From positions 1 through 64,000 of the forward strand of contig JASANG010001546.1 of NCBI GenBank assembly GCA_030248215.1: DNA of 64,000 bases, given 5' to 3'. Source of the stretch: Enoplolaimus lenunculus (lineage: Eukaryota). The position numbers were made by a program, and so were the translations under genes. This document shows positions 37,301 to 48,633 of the stretch, one piece after another. How positions within the stretch are numbered: position 1 is the stretch's first letter; the number at the start of each line of letters is the position of its first letter. The notes under the pieces were generated by a model. The model was given only the letters and a program-made list of their open reading frames with translations. It was not told the origin of the DNA and made no database searches.

Positions 37301-38614
37301 AATTCCGCTATGCTTTTTGACTGTTTTAATTTCCGTACGGCATCATACGATGTTATCCGGTACCCGGCCGTACGGCAATGCACGTAATTTGCTGCGTTGC
37401 ATCGTGCGCAATAATTTTGTAAACAAAATTTTTTAATTTGCGGTGACGAAAGACGCCGAATGAGAAGGGTAACGCCACCCTAAGGCACAAATGTTGTTGA
37501 ATATTTGGCCGCAATTCAGTTACTTGGTTCAATTTATTGTAATTTACGTAACGATATTGCAATTTTTTGATTCAGTGACAAAGTTGAAGACTTAATTTTA
37601 GCTAATGTCTCAATATTTGTTCTTGTAACAAGGTGTTCCAGCTGTTATGCGTTTGATCGGCGCCCTACAAAACTTTATGGGATGCTTGTTTTCATGCTGT
37701 TATGAATAATTTGATCCTGCTTTCTATTATGAAATAATGAAACCGTTGAAAATTCAATTTTTACCCCACGCTCATTATAATCTATTCTTGGCCGATATTC
37801 TCAAATGTGTATAGCACCTATTACCAGTTAGCGGTATGTTTTTCAACTGATTACCTCTTGCAATTGCTGATCTTAAATTGGCGCAGAAGTAGGACAAGTT
37901 AAATTCGAATATTGCCCTGAATTTTCGTCGTCCACATTCACTGGTTCGAAAGCTGCATGATCTATTATCAAGTAGTCATAGACTCTATACACATTTGAGA
38001 ATATGTGCCTTTGTTTCAGAGAATCTAGCGATATGTCGAATCAAGTACATGCAGTTGGACTTGCCATAAATGCTGCGCTTCGATCTTCCCTAGATGAACT
38101 ATATAAATTGGGAATACAAAAATTTGCACTGCGGGTCAGCTATACAGACGAATCGGTAAGAGAATAACGGGAATGCCTCCCTGCAGGGCTTTAAGTAATA
38201 TTATCCTCATGTAAACACGAAGCTGGCATTCTACGGTTATGGTTAGTGAACATTGTTGCGGTAAGAAAGAAACTAATGAGATTAAATTTAGTAAAAGAAA
38301 ATTGTTGATGTGAAGGAAGTAATTTTTCATGGTGTGAAATACTTTCGTGTAGTACGGGTTTTTCGCAAGTGCAGTGGCTCGTTTTTGGCTTGTCTTATTG
38401 CTTAATATTAGTTTGTTATAATAATTATTGCTATTGTTTTATTGTTTTGTTTATTCAGGTGGAATATTGCGCTGGAAGTAATGGTTCAGCGTTTCCAACG
38501 GATTTCATGCCAACACTCGACTCGAAACTGGTTCCATTGCTTCATGAACAAGGCGCAGTTCAAGCGATGATGCGAAGATCTTTTGAAATTATTTTTCATA
38601 TTTTAGCATTGTAA
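25338..38614 (+). CDS. ZFYVE9: SARA/endofin-family FYVE zinc-finger protein (ZFYVE9/ZFYVE16-like), 23 coding exons, 3693 nt / 1230 aa
   Basis: Exons: 25338-25392, 25659-26797, 27726-27825, 28263-28380, 28737-28875, 29284-29383, 29617-29665, 30002-30117, 30665-30913, 31608-31691, 32073-32123, 32509-32577, 32931-33095, 33351-33484, 33804-33930, 34595-34677, 35106-35210, 35425-35575, 36159-36253, 36527-36651, 37149-37295, 38020-38155, 38459-38614 (TAA); phases consistent throughout. N-terminal [14 protein letters not shown] domain, RVxF-type KQVTFSDG, and SARA-type C-terminal peptides ([76 protein letters not shown]). Exons 3, 4, 7, 8, 10 and 11 lie in divergent regions and rest mainly on splice signals and phase. 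Likely co-orthologous to vertebrate ZFYVE9 and ZFYVE16. Confidence 0.9.
28737..29383 (+). other. FYVE (PI3P-binding) zinc finger coding region, split over exons 5-6 of the SARA-like gene
   Basis: WIPD...CMIC...[17 protein letters not shown]...KVCSPC: WxxD and R(R/K)HHCR motifs, eight Cys, and KVC in place of RVC. Confidence 0.92.
30223..30564. mobile_element. hAT-like MITE (CAGGGTGCA family) in SARA-like intron 8
   Basis: Flanks GCTGTTTT / GCTGTTTC; colinear with 60165-60597. Confidence 0.8.
34213..34489. mobile_element. PIF/Harbinger-like MITE with three internal 51-bp repeats
   Basis: TAA|CGGTTGCGCTATACT ... AGTATAGCGCAACCC|TAA; source of the RHPYG ORFs. Confidence 0.85.
35753..35923. mobile_element. 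hAT-like MITE (CAGGGTGCAACCGGAA family)
   Basis: Perfect 8-bp TSD CTCTGCAG. Confidence 0.8.
37790..38009. mobile_element. MITE with GGC..TATTCTCAAATGTGTATAG TIRs
   Basis: TIR pair TATTCTCAAATGTGTATAG / CTATACACATTTGAGAATA; related copies at about 12017-12238, 20704-20920, 49501-49715 and a partial copy at 40540-40611. Confidence 0.8.
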
Positions 38615-38998
38615 TGTTTTTGTTTTTGGTGCCTGCTATGGGAAAATGTTCCTGGGTTGTGGGGAAATTTAGTCTGTGGGAAACTTAATTATTGCAGGAT
38701 AATAACGAGCTGGTTAGCATGGGTATATTTGAGTCAGTGATCAATGAAATACCATGGTTTGTTAGTTTTCTACTTATTGATGTGGTACATAGTAGGCTAT
38801 ATCTGTATTCAAAAATTTGCGCTGTTTAATTTTGGTTTAAATTTCTGTTGAAAAACATTGTTCGCTTCCTATGGGACTTAATAATAATATACAGGGTTTG
38901 TAATAATTTTTTGGACTGAGTTAGAATGTCTTTTGGATTCCTGTATTATATTGTATATCTGTATTTCACGGATAAATATTAATTTATTACCACATTGA

Positions 38999-39004
38999 AA
39001 TAAA
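38999..39004 (+). promoter_or_regulatory. Candidate polyadenylation signal of the SARA-like gene
   Basis: AATAAA about 385 nt after the TAA stop at 38614; position only. Confidence 0.4.
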
Positions 39005-39099
39005 CTCTATCAATTCGTTACGAGTGTTTGGGTGCATAGATTGACTGAAGATATTTCGTGATAAGCGGTTGTATAACGCTGTGTCAGTTGTTAAAACTG

Positions 39100-39257
39100 G
39101 GCCAATGTAAAGAACAGGGGCGGAACAGTATTATAAGCATATTCCTAAGCCTAAGCGTAAAAAGTCTAAGCCTAAGCCAAGTAAAAAAATTAAAGCTTAA
39201 GTTTACTCTATTGCAGTCCCACAGAAAAGCGTTCCGCCCCCGATCTTTACGTGGGCC
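39100..39257. mobile_element. TTAGGC-repeat MITE flanked by a 62-64-bp direct duplication
   Basis: GGCCAATGTAAAGAACAGGGGCGGAAC ... GTTCCGCCCCCGATCTTTACGTGGGCC; 39038-39099 is similar to 39258-39321. Confidence 0.85.
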
Positions 39258-41308
39258 AGATTGACTGAAGATGTTTCGTAATAATCGGTTGTATAACGTT
39301 TTCTGTCAGCTGTTAAAACTGATAGCTGGTGATATAATTCTGGGCCCATATTATTTTAAGGGGAGTCTAGGTTTCTGGTGGGCTATAAAAGAGTAGGTTT
39401 AGATTCTAGATTACATTTTTTGTTTAGGCTTATGATCTCGTTTATGCAAGGCTTAGGCTTAGGAATACGCTTAATCTACTGTTACACCCCTTCAAGTAAC
39501 ACGGGCCTGATTCTGGATCCAACATGGAGGTGTAGCCAGTTACCTGATTCATGCTCTGCTTTTTTGAGCGTGATTTACTGGCGTTTGATACAGAAAGAAG
39601 GTGTCTACCAAGGTGCAGACGGAAAGTGATTTTACTATAACAGAAAACAGATTAAAGTATAAAGGTTTCAAAGATGTTTCAGTTTTGTTTTCTGCTAAAT
39701 ACAATTGAGACATGCAAATAGTCACCAGGCATCTCTAAAATTTTGAACGCAATTATAGCTGATGCGCCCAAGTTAAGATTCTGTTTAAATTTTGTCGTTT
39801 ATATTTCAAACTTATAAATATAGCAGATTTGCAATTAAAAATTGCTCGCGTTATACCTTTTTATAACTAATTTTTAGCATAAAAATAACGAAATTTGTGG
39901 TATTTTTGAAACAGACATTGTTTTTGTCTTGAAACGAATATTCGGTTACAACCCTATGCAGCCTACAAAAAATAAAACAAAATGTTGTCAGACAATTGTC
40001 TTTAGAAGACCCTGTGCTATATATACATGGGTCGTTAACTCGAAAGTGGAACAAACTCACTGTACGACAAAAGTTGTATAAAAATACGAAAAATTTCACT
40101 ACCAAAATTGTTGGAAGCTTCGACAAAAATCTACTTACTGTAGCATGAGGTAATCTTCGTTGAAGCTAGAACGAGAGCTATGATTTTACCGTGGGTCTGG
40201 TTCTATCTATTAATGGTAAAAATACACTTTTCGAAAACTTTTTAATTGATTATTTAAGCAACGAAGTACTGTATTCATTTTGTTTTCGTGTTTTAAACGT
40301 ATTGTGCTTAAATATCCGCAGTATGGAAGGTTGCAGTTGTATTTTCAACTGTATGTAGTTGTCAATTTACCAGTAGGTTCTAAGCGACAGTCGAAATCTG
40401 CGGATGTGAATTTGCGCACAGTAGCACGGCAGGTCAACCTGTACAAACTTAAGGTTACTGTATTGCAGTCACGCAGAAAAACGTTACGACCCTAATCTTT
40501 GCATAGGCCGCACGATACATTAAAGGCAAGAAATATGCTTTCATTGGTTCAAAAGTTGCTAGACTTTTATAGCAGATTGCGGTAGATGCTACACACATTC
40601 AAGAATACGGCATATATATGGCACCCTGGATGCCCATACCTTGTTTTAGCAATGGCTCTCGTTTTTATATTCGTACTTCGCTTTTATAGTTTGAAATTCA
40701 TTTTACACTGTATATACACTTTTGTTGAGTTTGAAATTTGAAATTAAAATTTTCAAACTGCGAGACAGTGTGGATTTTAAACTCTGCAGTGTGATGACTT
40801 GCGTTTATTATTTTAGTGCAATGGACTGTGCGAGTGATGTATTCAAAAGATATGAGTGCTTGCAGTTTATATTGGCAGAAATGTCAAATTCGCGTTGTGT
40901 ATAGTTGTGGTCAAAATCGTTATCTTAAACTTGTCGATTTAGTGGGAGTTGGGATTTTGTACTACACTTTTTTCGTCCAAATACTAAATGTTTTAGGTTT
41001 AGGCTTTATTTGTAAACTTTAGGTTTAGGCTTACGCAAAGGCTTTAGCATAGGTAACCGATTCCAAACCGCTAAAGCCTAAATATGGGAAAGTGTACGTC
41101 AAAATTTCAATGGGCTGGTATTAATTTCACCGTTACTTTTCCGGTAGCGAAGTCAGATATTGGGCCCAAGTATAGAACAAGGCCGCAAAATGTCTTCAAC
41201 ACGCTTTGGCAATTACAGTTTGTTCTCGACTCAGTTGCTGGTATAAAGTTTGCTAGTTACATTTAACTAAAAATAAAAGTTATTATTTTTCAGAAACAAA
41301 AAGATTTT

Positions 41309-41494
41309 AGCCAATGTTACTTTTAGGGGCATAACAGTAGATTAAACGTATTCCTAAGCCTAAGCCTAAGCGTTGCAAAAATGTGTTCCTAAGCCTAAGT
41401 CTTAGCCTAAGCAAAAAAATGTAATCTAGAATCTAAACCTACTCTTTTATAGACCCGCCAGATATCTGGACGCCCCTAAAAAGTAACATGAGCC
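41309..41494. mobile_element. TTAGGC-repeat MITE subfamily B
   Basis: TIRs and 8-bp flanks AAGATTTT / AAGGTTTT. Confidence 0.85.
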
Positions 41495-43056
41495 AAGGTT
41501 TTTATTGTTGAATCAAGATTTTGTTTTTTAACAGGTTAAGGTGGGACCCAAATAAATGGAGCAATTTGCTGTAGTGGCCCCCTTTAATCATTTATACAAG
41601 CAAAGGCTGCGCAACCCCGTTCCGCGTCCTATCCATGTTGCCATCTTAACAGCGATAGGTACGTGCGATATTTTCGGCATTCACATTGCCGTTTGAACTA
41701 AAATTCAAATTTTATAATTTTAAAACTCAACACTAGACTTTGATTAAATATGTACAATGGAATGTTATATTTTACCGTTTGCATACATATATATACATAT
41801 ATACATATATTAAACATTGGTTCAAACAGTTTCTCGGCTGAATTTTAACACATTTAATGTAGAAATATTTTAGACAATTTATTACACAGACCATATTACT
41901 TTATGTAGCGGTTTACCGATGAGTTATTTCGATTACGGGGGATCCGGCATTTAAAAACGACTAAAAAACCTGGTTTTCAGTGTACAAATTGGCAACCGGT
42001 GATTCAATAAATTAGTGTATTTAACCAACAACCAGATGGGAGGTCGTTGGCTGTGACCTGGTGTCGATCTGGCATCGCCCCTGGGTTTGTATGTTGAAGT
42101 GGGCGCAGAAATGTGTGTGTAAAACTCAACTCATCCTTGTAAATTTAAATTATTTGAAACTCTCACACGTGAATAGAATAATTTTAAATTTTCAGTTTAA
42201 AGATAATGAATTGAACGCAGTATTTGAAACTTGAGCGAGACGTTGAGTTGAAATTCAGGGTTTAAGAATGCGTTTACCGCCGTTGTGGTTGGATGGAATT
42301 TTAGTATTAAAGTTTGAGAAGGGTAAAATGCAACGGTGTCATTATTGAACGTGAGCTGGGGGTGTAGAGGTTGGCCGATATTCCCCCCACCCACCTTTCA
42401 GACAGTTGTGCTATTGATTTTGTATTTTGGTTTTTTTGCCATGATGTTTATTATGGTTTTGCTAATTCTACTTTTGAATAAATGCGTATAACTGGCAATC
42501 GGATTTCAGTCAGCTTTGTCCTCATCAGCAGGAGCCGAATGATGGCAGACCAAGCCTGATCCGACCTGTTGAGCTGTCTGGACGATGCAAGTAATAAACA
42601 CTGGATCACATCTGGGGATACCAGTAGTGGAAGTAGAAATTTTTGAAAGGACAAGGGTTGAGATATAATAACGGGAAAAACTTGCGAGCGAAATACGAGA
42701 AGCCATGCGTCAATTTAGTGCTAAACCTTCACATGAAGTCTTGGGTTTGATCCCTGTCAGAGGACGTAGGCCTTTGATCCCTGTCCGAGGACGTAGGCCG
42801 GAGTCGGCCCGCTTGCAATCATCTCTGAAGGTGACCGTTACGGCTACGTTGTAGTCTTGAATTTTAGCTAAACTGGTTTCGAGTATATTCCCTAACTTTT
42901 ATGTTTACTATTTGGTTAAGTTGTGGCCGCTTTCCAATTGAGGGTCGGGCAAAAATACAACGAGCGCTTATACATTTTGTACCATGTAGAACGCCAGTCA
43001 TTGCACGTTGATGTCTAAGAGTGATCATTCGCTCATAGTTGTGTTAAAGTTGGTTA

Positions 43057-43535
43057 GGCCAGTGTAAAGAACAGGGGCGGAACAGTATTATAACCATATT
43101 CCTAAGCCTAAGCCTAAGCCTAAACGTAAGAATGAGTTTATTCCTAAGCAAAGCAAAAAAATAGTCTAAAGCTTAAGCTTAGTCTATTGCAGTCCCACAG
43201 AAAAACGTTCCGACCCTGAATTTTATATGGGCGGTTGGTTTGATAGGATCGTAATTTTGAAATGTTCCATTATTACCAGTACGCGGTTTGTCGTAAAATT
43301 TTTGCTTTAAAAATAAATAATTAATTTTTTTACTGTTTTAGTTTGTTTACAAGTACGGCCCATGTTACTTTAAGGGGCGTCCAGGTTTCTGGTGGGTCTA
43401 TAAAAGAGTAGGTTTCCATTCTGGATTACATTTTTTTGCTTACGTTTAGGCGTAGGAACTCATGTTTGCAACGCTTAGGCTTAGGCTTAGTAATACACTT
43501 AATCTACTGTTACGCCCCTTAAAGTAACATTGGCC
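43057..43535. mobile_element. Two adjacent TTAGGC-repeat MITEs (43057-43233 and 43357-43535) in opposite orientation
   Basis: Flanks GTTGGTTA / GTTGGTTT and ACAAGTAC / AAAAGTAC respectively. Confidence 0.85.
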
Positions 43536-45064
43536 AAAAGTACTAAGCCAGCGTAATCAGGGGAGTGGCCAGGACTCTTAATTTCAAGGATTGTATAATG
43601 TCATTTTAAAACGTTTATCTTGACAGCGAGTCCATTGAGCGTGACATTGTTGGCAATCCATAGGATAAGTGTTTCTGGTCTTTTCCACATTTGTGTGGGG
43701 AGTTATCACCTTCCCTGTTTATATATGTCCCTAGGCCCAACGGTGGGTCAGTGGTATGATACATAGACGTCGGTAGCTATGACAGCGCATTTAAATGCTT
43801 TATTGTAAAATCATTAATGTTTCGTTGAAGCTTTAAAAATTACGATGTATAATTTTTTTAATTTTTAAGCAATGACATTCGCATATTGAAACGCGAACCC
43901 ATAACTTTCAAATATTTTACCTGAGCTTGAAAAATATTAAAAACAATACTCCGAGTGTTGGCGATGCCATTGCTTGGGGTATGTACGAACCCTCTTCGGC
44001 AGAGTATCAAGCGTTATCTTAAGCCTAAGCCTAAGCATTAATAATTTAGTTTTTCAGCTTTCATCAAAACGAACTATAATTGTTAGCAGTTGAATGTTTT
44101 TAGCAAATAAAATTTTACTACGTAGTCAGTCTGCCAGCTTTGCGCAATGCGCAAAACGAGCGAAAACACAAACATTTCCTTGCAAATTTTCCTTTCATAG
44201 AACATTCACGTAAACAAAGTAACGCTGGAAAGTTGCCCAAAATACGTATTTGCGGTGTTTCAGCTTTAATATATAGTTTTTGTGACTTTTTGACGAAAAA
44301 TTTAAACATTAAAATGTTACGACAACATTGCTGGCGGCATCCTGGGGGCTGTGCCCTAAATTTTGTTGTTTGGGGGGAGTTGTGTTCCTAGTATTTGCAT
44401 AATTTTGTGGTTTTTCTAAGCAGCAACTTTTAAATTTTACATGAATTGTTTTACTCAGTTCCTGGTTAGCGGGGGGGGGGGCGGGTTACAATTCTTGTAA
44501 CCGAACTCTTAGCACCGCGTTTCGTTCGACGGGGTACATATCATTGCGCTCGATCCGTTTTAGCTTCTAGTTAAGCTATTTCGTAATTTTACACACACAT
44601 GTAGGCTATGTATTTTTTCAATTTAAAGTTACTTTATTATAAATATATGCTTTATGTGTGTCTAGATTGTTGTTTAGACTTATCGTTTTTGATTTGACTG
44701 GACACTGGCTAAAAATATTTTAGTTTTTGTTGCGAGCAAATTTTTTCTAAGTTATTTTGAATTTAAATTTTAACTTTGTTTCGGTTGTTTTGGCTATTGC
44801 TATTCGCTGGTTTTATGCTACGGTGTTACCACTTGTATGCCCCTTCGTCTGCCTGCTGGCAAGGATTTATTCAGTTCATGATCGTCTCGGCAACAACAGT
44901 AAATATCCAGTATCCGGTCGGTTTAACCGGATCCGGATGTCGGATTTTTGTTATCTATTGCGATGCGTGAATTTTGCAATTTTGTTGCAATTTATGCAAT
45001 CAGCGGTGTAGTGCATGCATTGTTTACACGGTATTTGCAATCGATATGGTCCCTTTTACTATTT

Positions 45065-45300
45065 GGCCAATGTAAAGGGCGGAACAGTATTATAAGCATA
45101 TTCCTAAGCCTCCGCCTAAGCGTAAGAATGAGCATATTCTTAAGCCTAAGCGTAAGAATGAGCATATTCCTAAGCCTAAGCGTAAGAATGAGCATATCCC
45201 TAAGCCTAAGCCTAAGCTAAGAAAAAATTAGTCTAAACAGTAAGCTTACACTTTTCTAGTCCCACAGGCAAACGTTCCGCCCCTGATCGTTACATGGGCC
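45065..45300. mobile_element. TTAGGC-repeat MITE with internal 30-bp higher-order units
   Basis: Perfect 8-bp TSD TACTATTT; three units of CCTAAGCCTAAGCGTAAGAATGAGCATATT. Confidence 0.9.
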
Positions 45301-46826
45301 TACTATTTCATACATGTGATTGTCCCCAGAGTCGAAGAAGGTTTTGTAATATTTTAATGGCATATCACATATCTATAAATTTGGTTAAAATTAAACTAAA
45401 ATATCAATTTAGATAAAAACGTTGTTGAAATCACTTTGTCAAATGTAAACTTTTCAATGTGAATAGTGGTAATGTGCAGATATAAGGCTGTTAAACTGTT
45501 GAAATAAGGCAAACTTGAGTATATAATATGATTTTAGGTTAAATAGTTGGATACATTTAAGTATAAATAGGCTTTTAGTGTGGTTTGCTGTTAGAAAACT
45601 ATTATTTGATTGGTTGAAAATTTCCTTGTTTATTTCGCATGATTATTTTAATAGTCAATTTCGATTAAGCTGATTATTACTGATTGTAAATGGTTTAAAG
45701 TGATTTTAAACTTAATTATATTGTAAAATTTATTCTAAATTTGTGCGATTTCGTATTGGCCAACTAAAATTTGTTGAACAAAATAAATCATACGCCACCA
45801 ATGAAAGCCATTTTCATTAATATATTTGATTGTAACCAGAGTCAACTTAGTAAATCAAAGCTTTAAATTTAGTGATATTGAAAGTGTCACAGGGCCTTGC
45901 GGGGTTAGGGATACAGGCCCGTAGCAAAAGGGGCCCCAGCTATCCTGCAAACGTTTGCTCCCCCTTAGATGATTTTCAATCTTGCTTGTAAGTCATTGAA
46001 AACCTTTTGATAATTTTTTAGCCCCATCTAGCAAGATGAGCTTGCTATGGGTATGTAAAGGATATTGGGAAGGTGTTTTTAGTGACTTTTTTCGCTGGAA
46101 AGATATTCGTTTAGAAATTTTTTACAAAAGATATGGGAAATGTATTTTTAAGCTGAAATATCTTAGCTAAACGCTGTGTCAGTTTTGTGTGAAAAATGGT
46201 TAATTTACCCGAAATCTTCATGGATTATTGTTCTCAGCGGGAAATAACTTGGAGATTATCCATAAAATCCAAAGTTCTGATAGGTGCTGGCTTCGAAGAA
46301 TTAATGTGAGGTGCTGTTGATTAACAGAGAGAATAATGAGTCCGAGTAAAATGATACACAAATCAAAGCTTAAACCAATTCATTTTTAAAAGTTTGCGTC
46401 AGTTGGCGAAGTGATGACGTGTTGAGGTTTGAAATTTTAAAAATATTCATAAAATGTCGGTTTATACGTAATTTTATATACAAAACTCGCGAGTGAACTT
46501 AATATGCGGAACAATGCTTTTGATGTTGAGTTGAGTTTCACGCTGACCTTTGGAATGATTTTAAAAATTTAAATGGCTTATGGTGGTTTCAATTTTAAAT
46601 GCAAACGAAGAAACCGTTTCGACGTTTATGGAATAAAGAAATAAGCTTCAGCGGCAACTTTAAGATTAGCTGGACAACGAACAATATGACAAAAAAGAGC
46701 TAATGAACAAAATAAAAAAATTCTCAGAAATTTTAGGTTTATTTCTGCATTTCTATCTTTAAGCATTGCCTTATGATTGGTGAAATTGCAACGACTGCAA
46801 TCATAAAACAAGCTTGAATTTGACGA

Positions 46827-48633
46827 GAGTGGTCGATCCAGAAATTTCTGGCTGGAATGGTATGAGTGGTCGATCGAGAAATTTCTGACTGGAATGGTAT
46901 GAGTGGTCGATCCAGAAATTTCTGACTGGAATGGTATGAGTGGTCGATCCAGAAATTTCTGACTGGAATGGTCTGAGTGGTCGATCCAGAAATTTTTGAC
47001 TGGAATGGTATGAGTGGTCGATCCAGAAATTTCTGACTGGAATGGTATGAGTGGTCGATCCAGAAATTTCTGACTGGAATGGTATGAGTGGTCGATCCAG
47101 AAATTTTTGACTGGAATGGTATGAGTGGTCGATCCAGAAATTTCTGACTGGAATGGTATGAGTGGTCGATCCAGAAATTTCTGACTGGAATGGTATGAGT
47201 GGTCGATCCAGAAATTTCTGACTGGAATGGTATGAGTGGTTGATTGAGTGGTCGATTGAGTGGTCGATCCAGAAAGTTCTGACTGGAATGGTATGAGTAG
47301 TCGATCCAGAAATTTCTGGCTGGAATGGTATGAGTGGTCGATCGAGAAATTTCTGACTGGAATGGTATGAGTGGTCGATCCAGAAATTTCTGACTGGAAT
47401 GGTCTGAGTGGTCGATCCAGAAATTTCTGACTGGAATGGTATGAGTGGTCGATCCAGAAATTTCTGACTGGAATGGTCTGAGTGGTCGATCCAGAAATTT
47501 CTGACTGGAATGGTATGACTGGTTGATCCAGAAATTTCTGACTGGAATGGTATGAGTGGTCGATCCAGAAAGTTCTGACTGGAATGGTATGAGTGGTCGA
47601 TCCAGAAATTTTTGACTGGAATGGTATGAGTGGTCGATCCAGAAATTTCTGACTGGAATGGTATGAGTGGTCGATCCAGAAATTTCTGACTGGAATGGTA
47701 TGAGTGGTTGATCCAGAAATTTCTGACTGGAATGGTATGAGTGGTCGATTGAGTGGTCGATCCAGAAAGTTCTGACTGGAATGGTATGAGTGGTCAATCC
47801 AGAAATTTCTGGCTGGAATGGTATGAGTGGTCGATCGAGAAATTTCTGACTGGAATGGTATGAGTGGTCGATCCAGAAATTTCTGACTGGAATGGTCTGA
47901 GTGGTCGATCGAGAAATTTCTGACTGGAATGGTATGAGTGGTCGATCCAGAAATTTCTGACTGGAATGGTCTGAGTGGTCGATCCAGAAATTTCTGACTG
48001 GAATGGTATGAGTGGTCGATCCAGAATTTTCTGACTGGAATGGTATGAGTGGTCGATCCAGAAAGTTCTGACTGGAATGGTATGAGTGGTCGATCGAGAA
48101 ATTTCTGGCTGGAATGGTATAAGTGGTCGATCGAGAAATTTCTGACTGGAATGGTCTGAGTGGTCGATCCAGAAATTTCTGACTGGAATGGTATGAGTGG
48201 TCGATCCAGAAATTTCTGACTGGAATGGTCTGAGTGGTCGATCCAGAAATTTCTGACTGGAATGGTCTGAGTGGTCGATCCAGAAATTTCTGACTGGAAT
48301 GGTATGAGTGGTCGATCCAGAAATTTCTGACTGGAATGGTATGAGTGGTCGATCCAGAAATTTCTGACTGGAATGGTCTGAGTGGTCGATCCAGAAATTT
48401 CTGACTGGAATGGTATGAGTGGTCGATCCAGAAATTTCTGACTGGAATGGTCTGAGTGGTCGATCCAGAAATTTCTGACTGGAATGGTATGAGTGGTCGA
48501 TCCAGAAATTTCTGACTGGAATGGTCTGAGTGGTCGATCCAGAAATTTCTGACTGGAATGGTATGAGTGGTCGATCCAGAAATTTCTGACTGGAATGGTC
48601 TGAGTGGTCGATCCAGAAATTTCTGACTGGAAT
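46827..48633. repeat. 37-bp tandem satellite, about 48 copies, 1.8 kb
   Basis: Unit GAGTGGTCGATCCAGAAATTTCTGACTGGAATGGTAT with few variant positions. Confidence 0.97.

Noticed and set aside
42197..42720. More GC-rich patch with short ORFs, possibly a decayed TE or UTR exon
   Set aside because: Multiple stops and no recognisable transposase or RT motif.
46827..48633. CRISPR-like array (37-bp repeat with palindrome)
   Set aside because: Units are head-to-tail with no unique spacers, no cas genes, and the context is eukaryotic.
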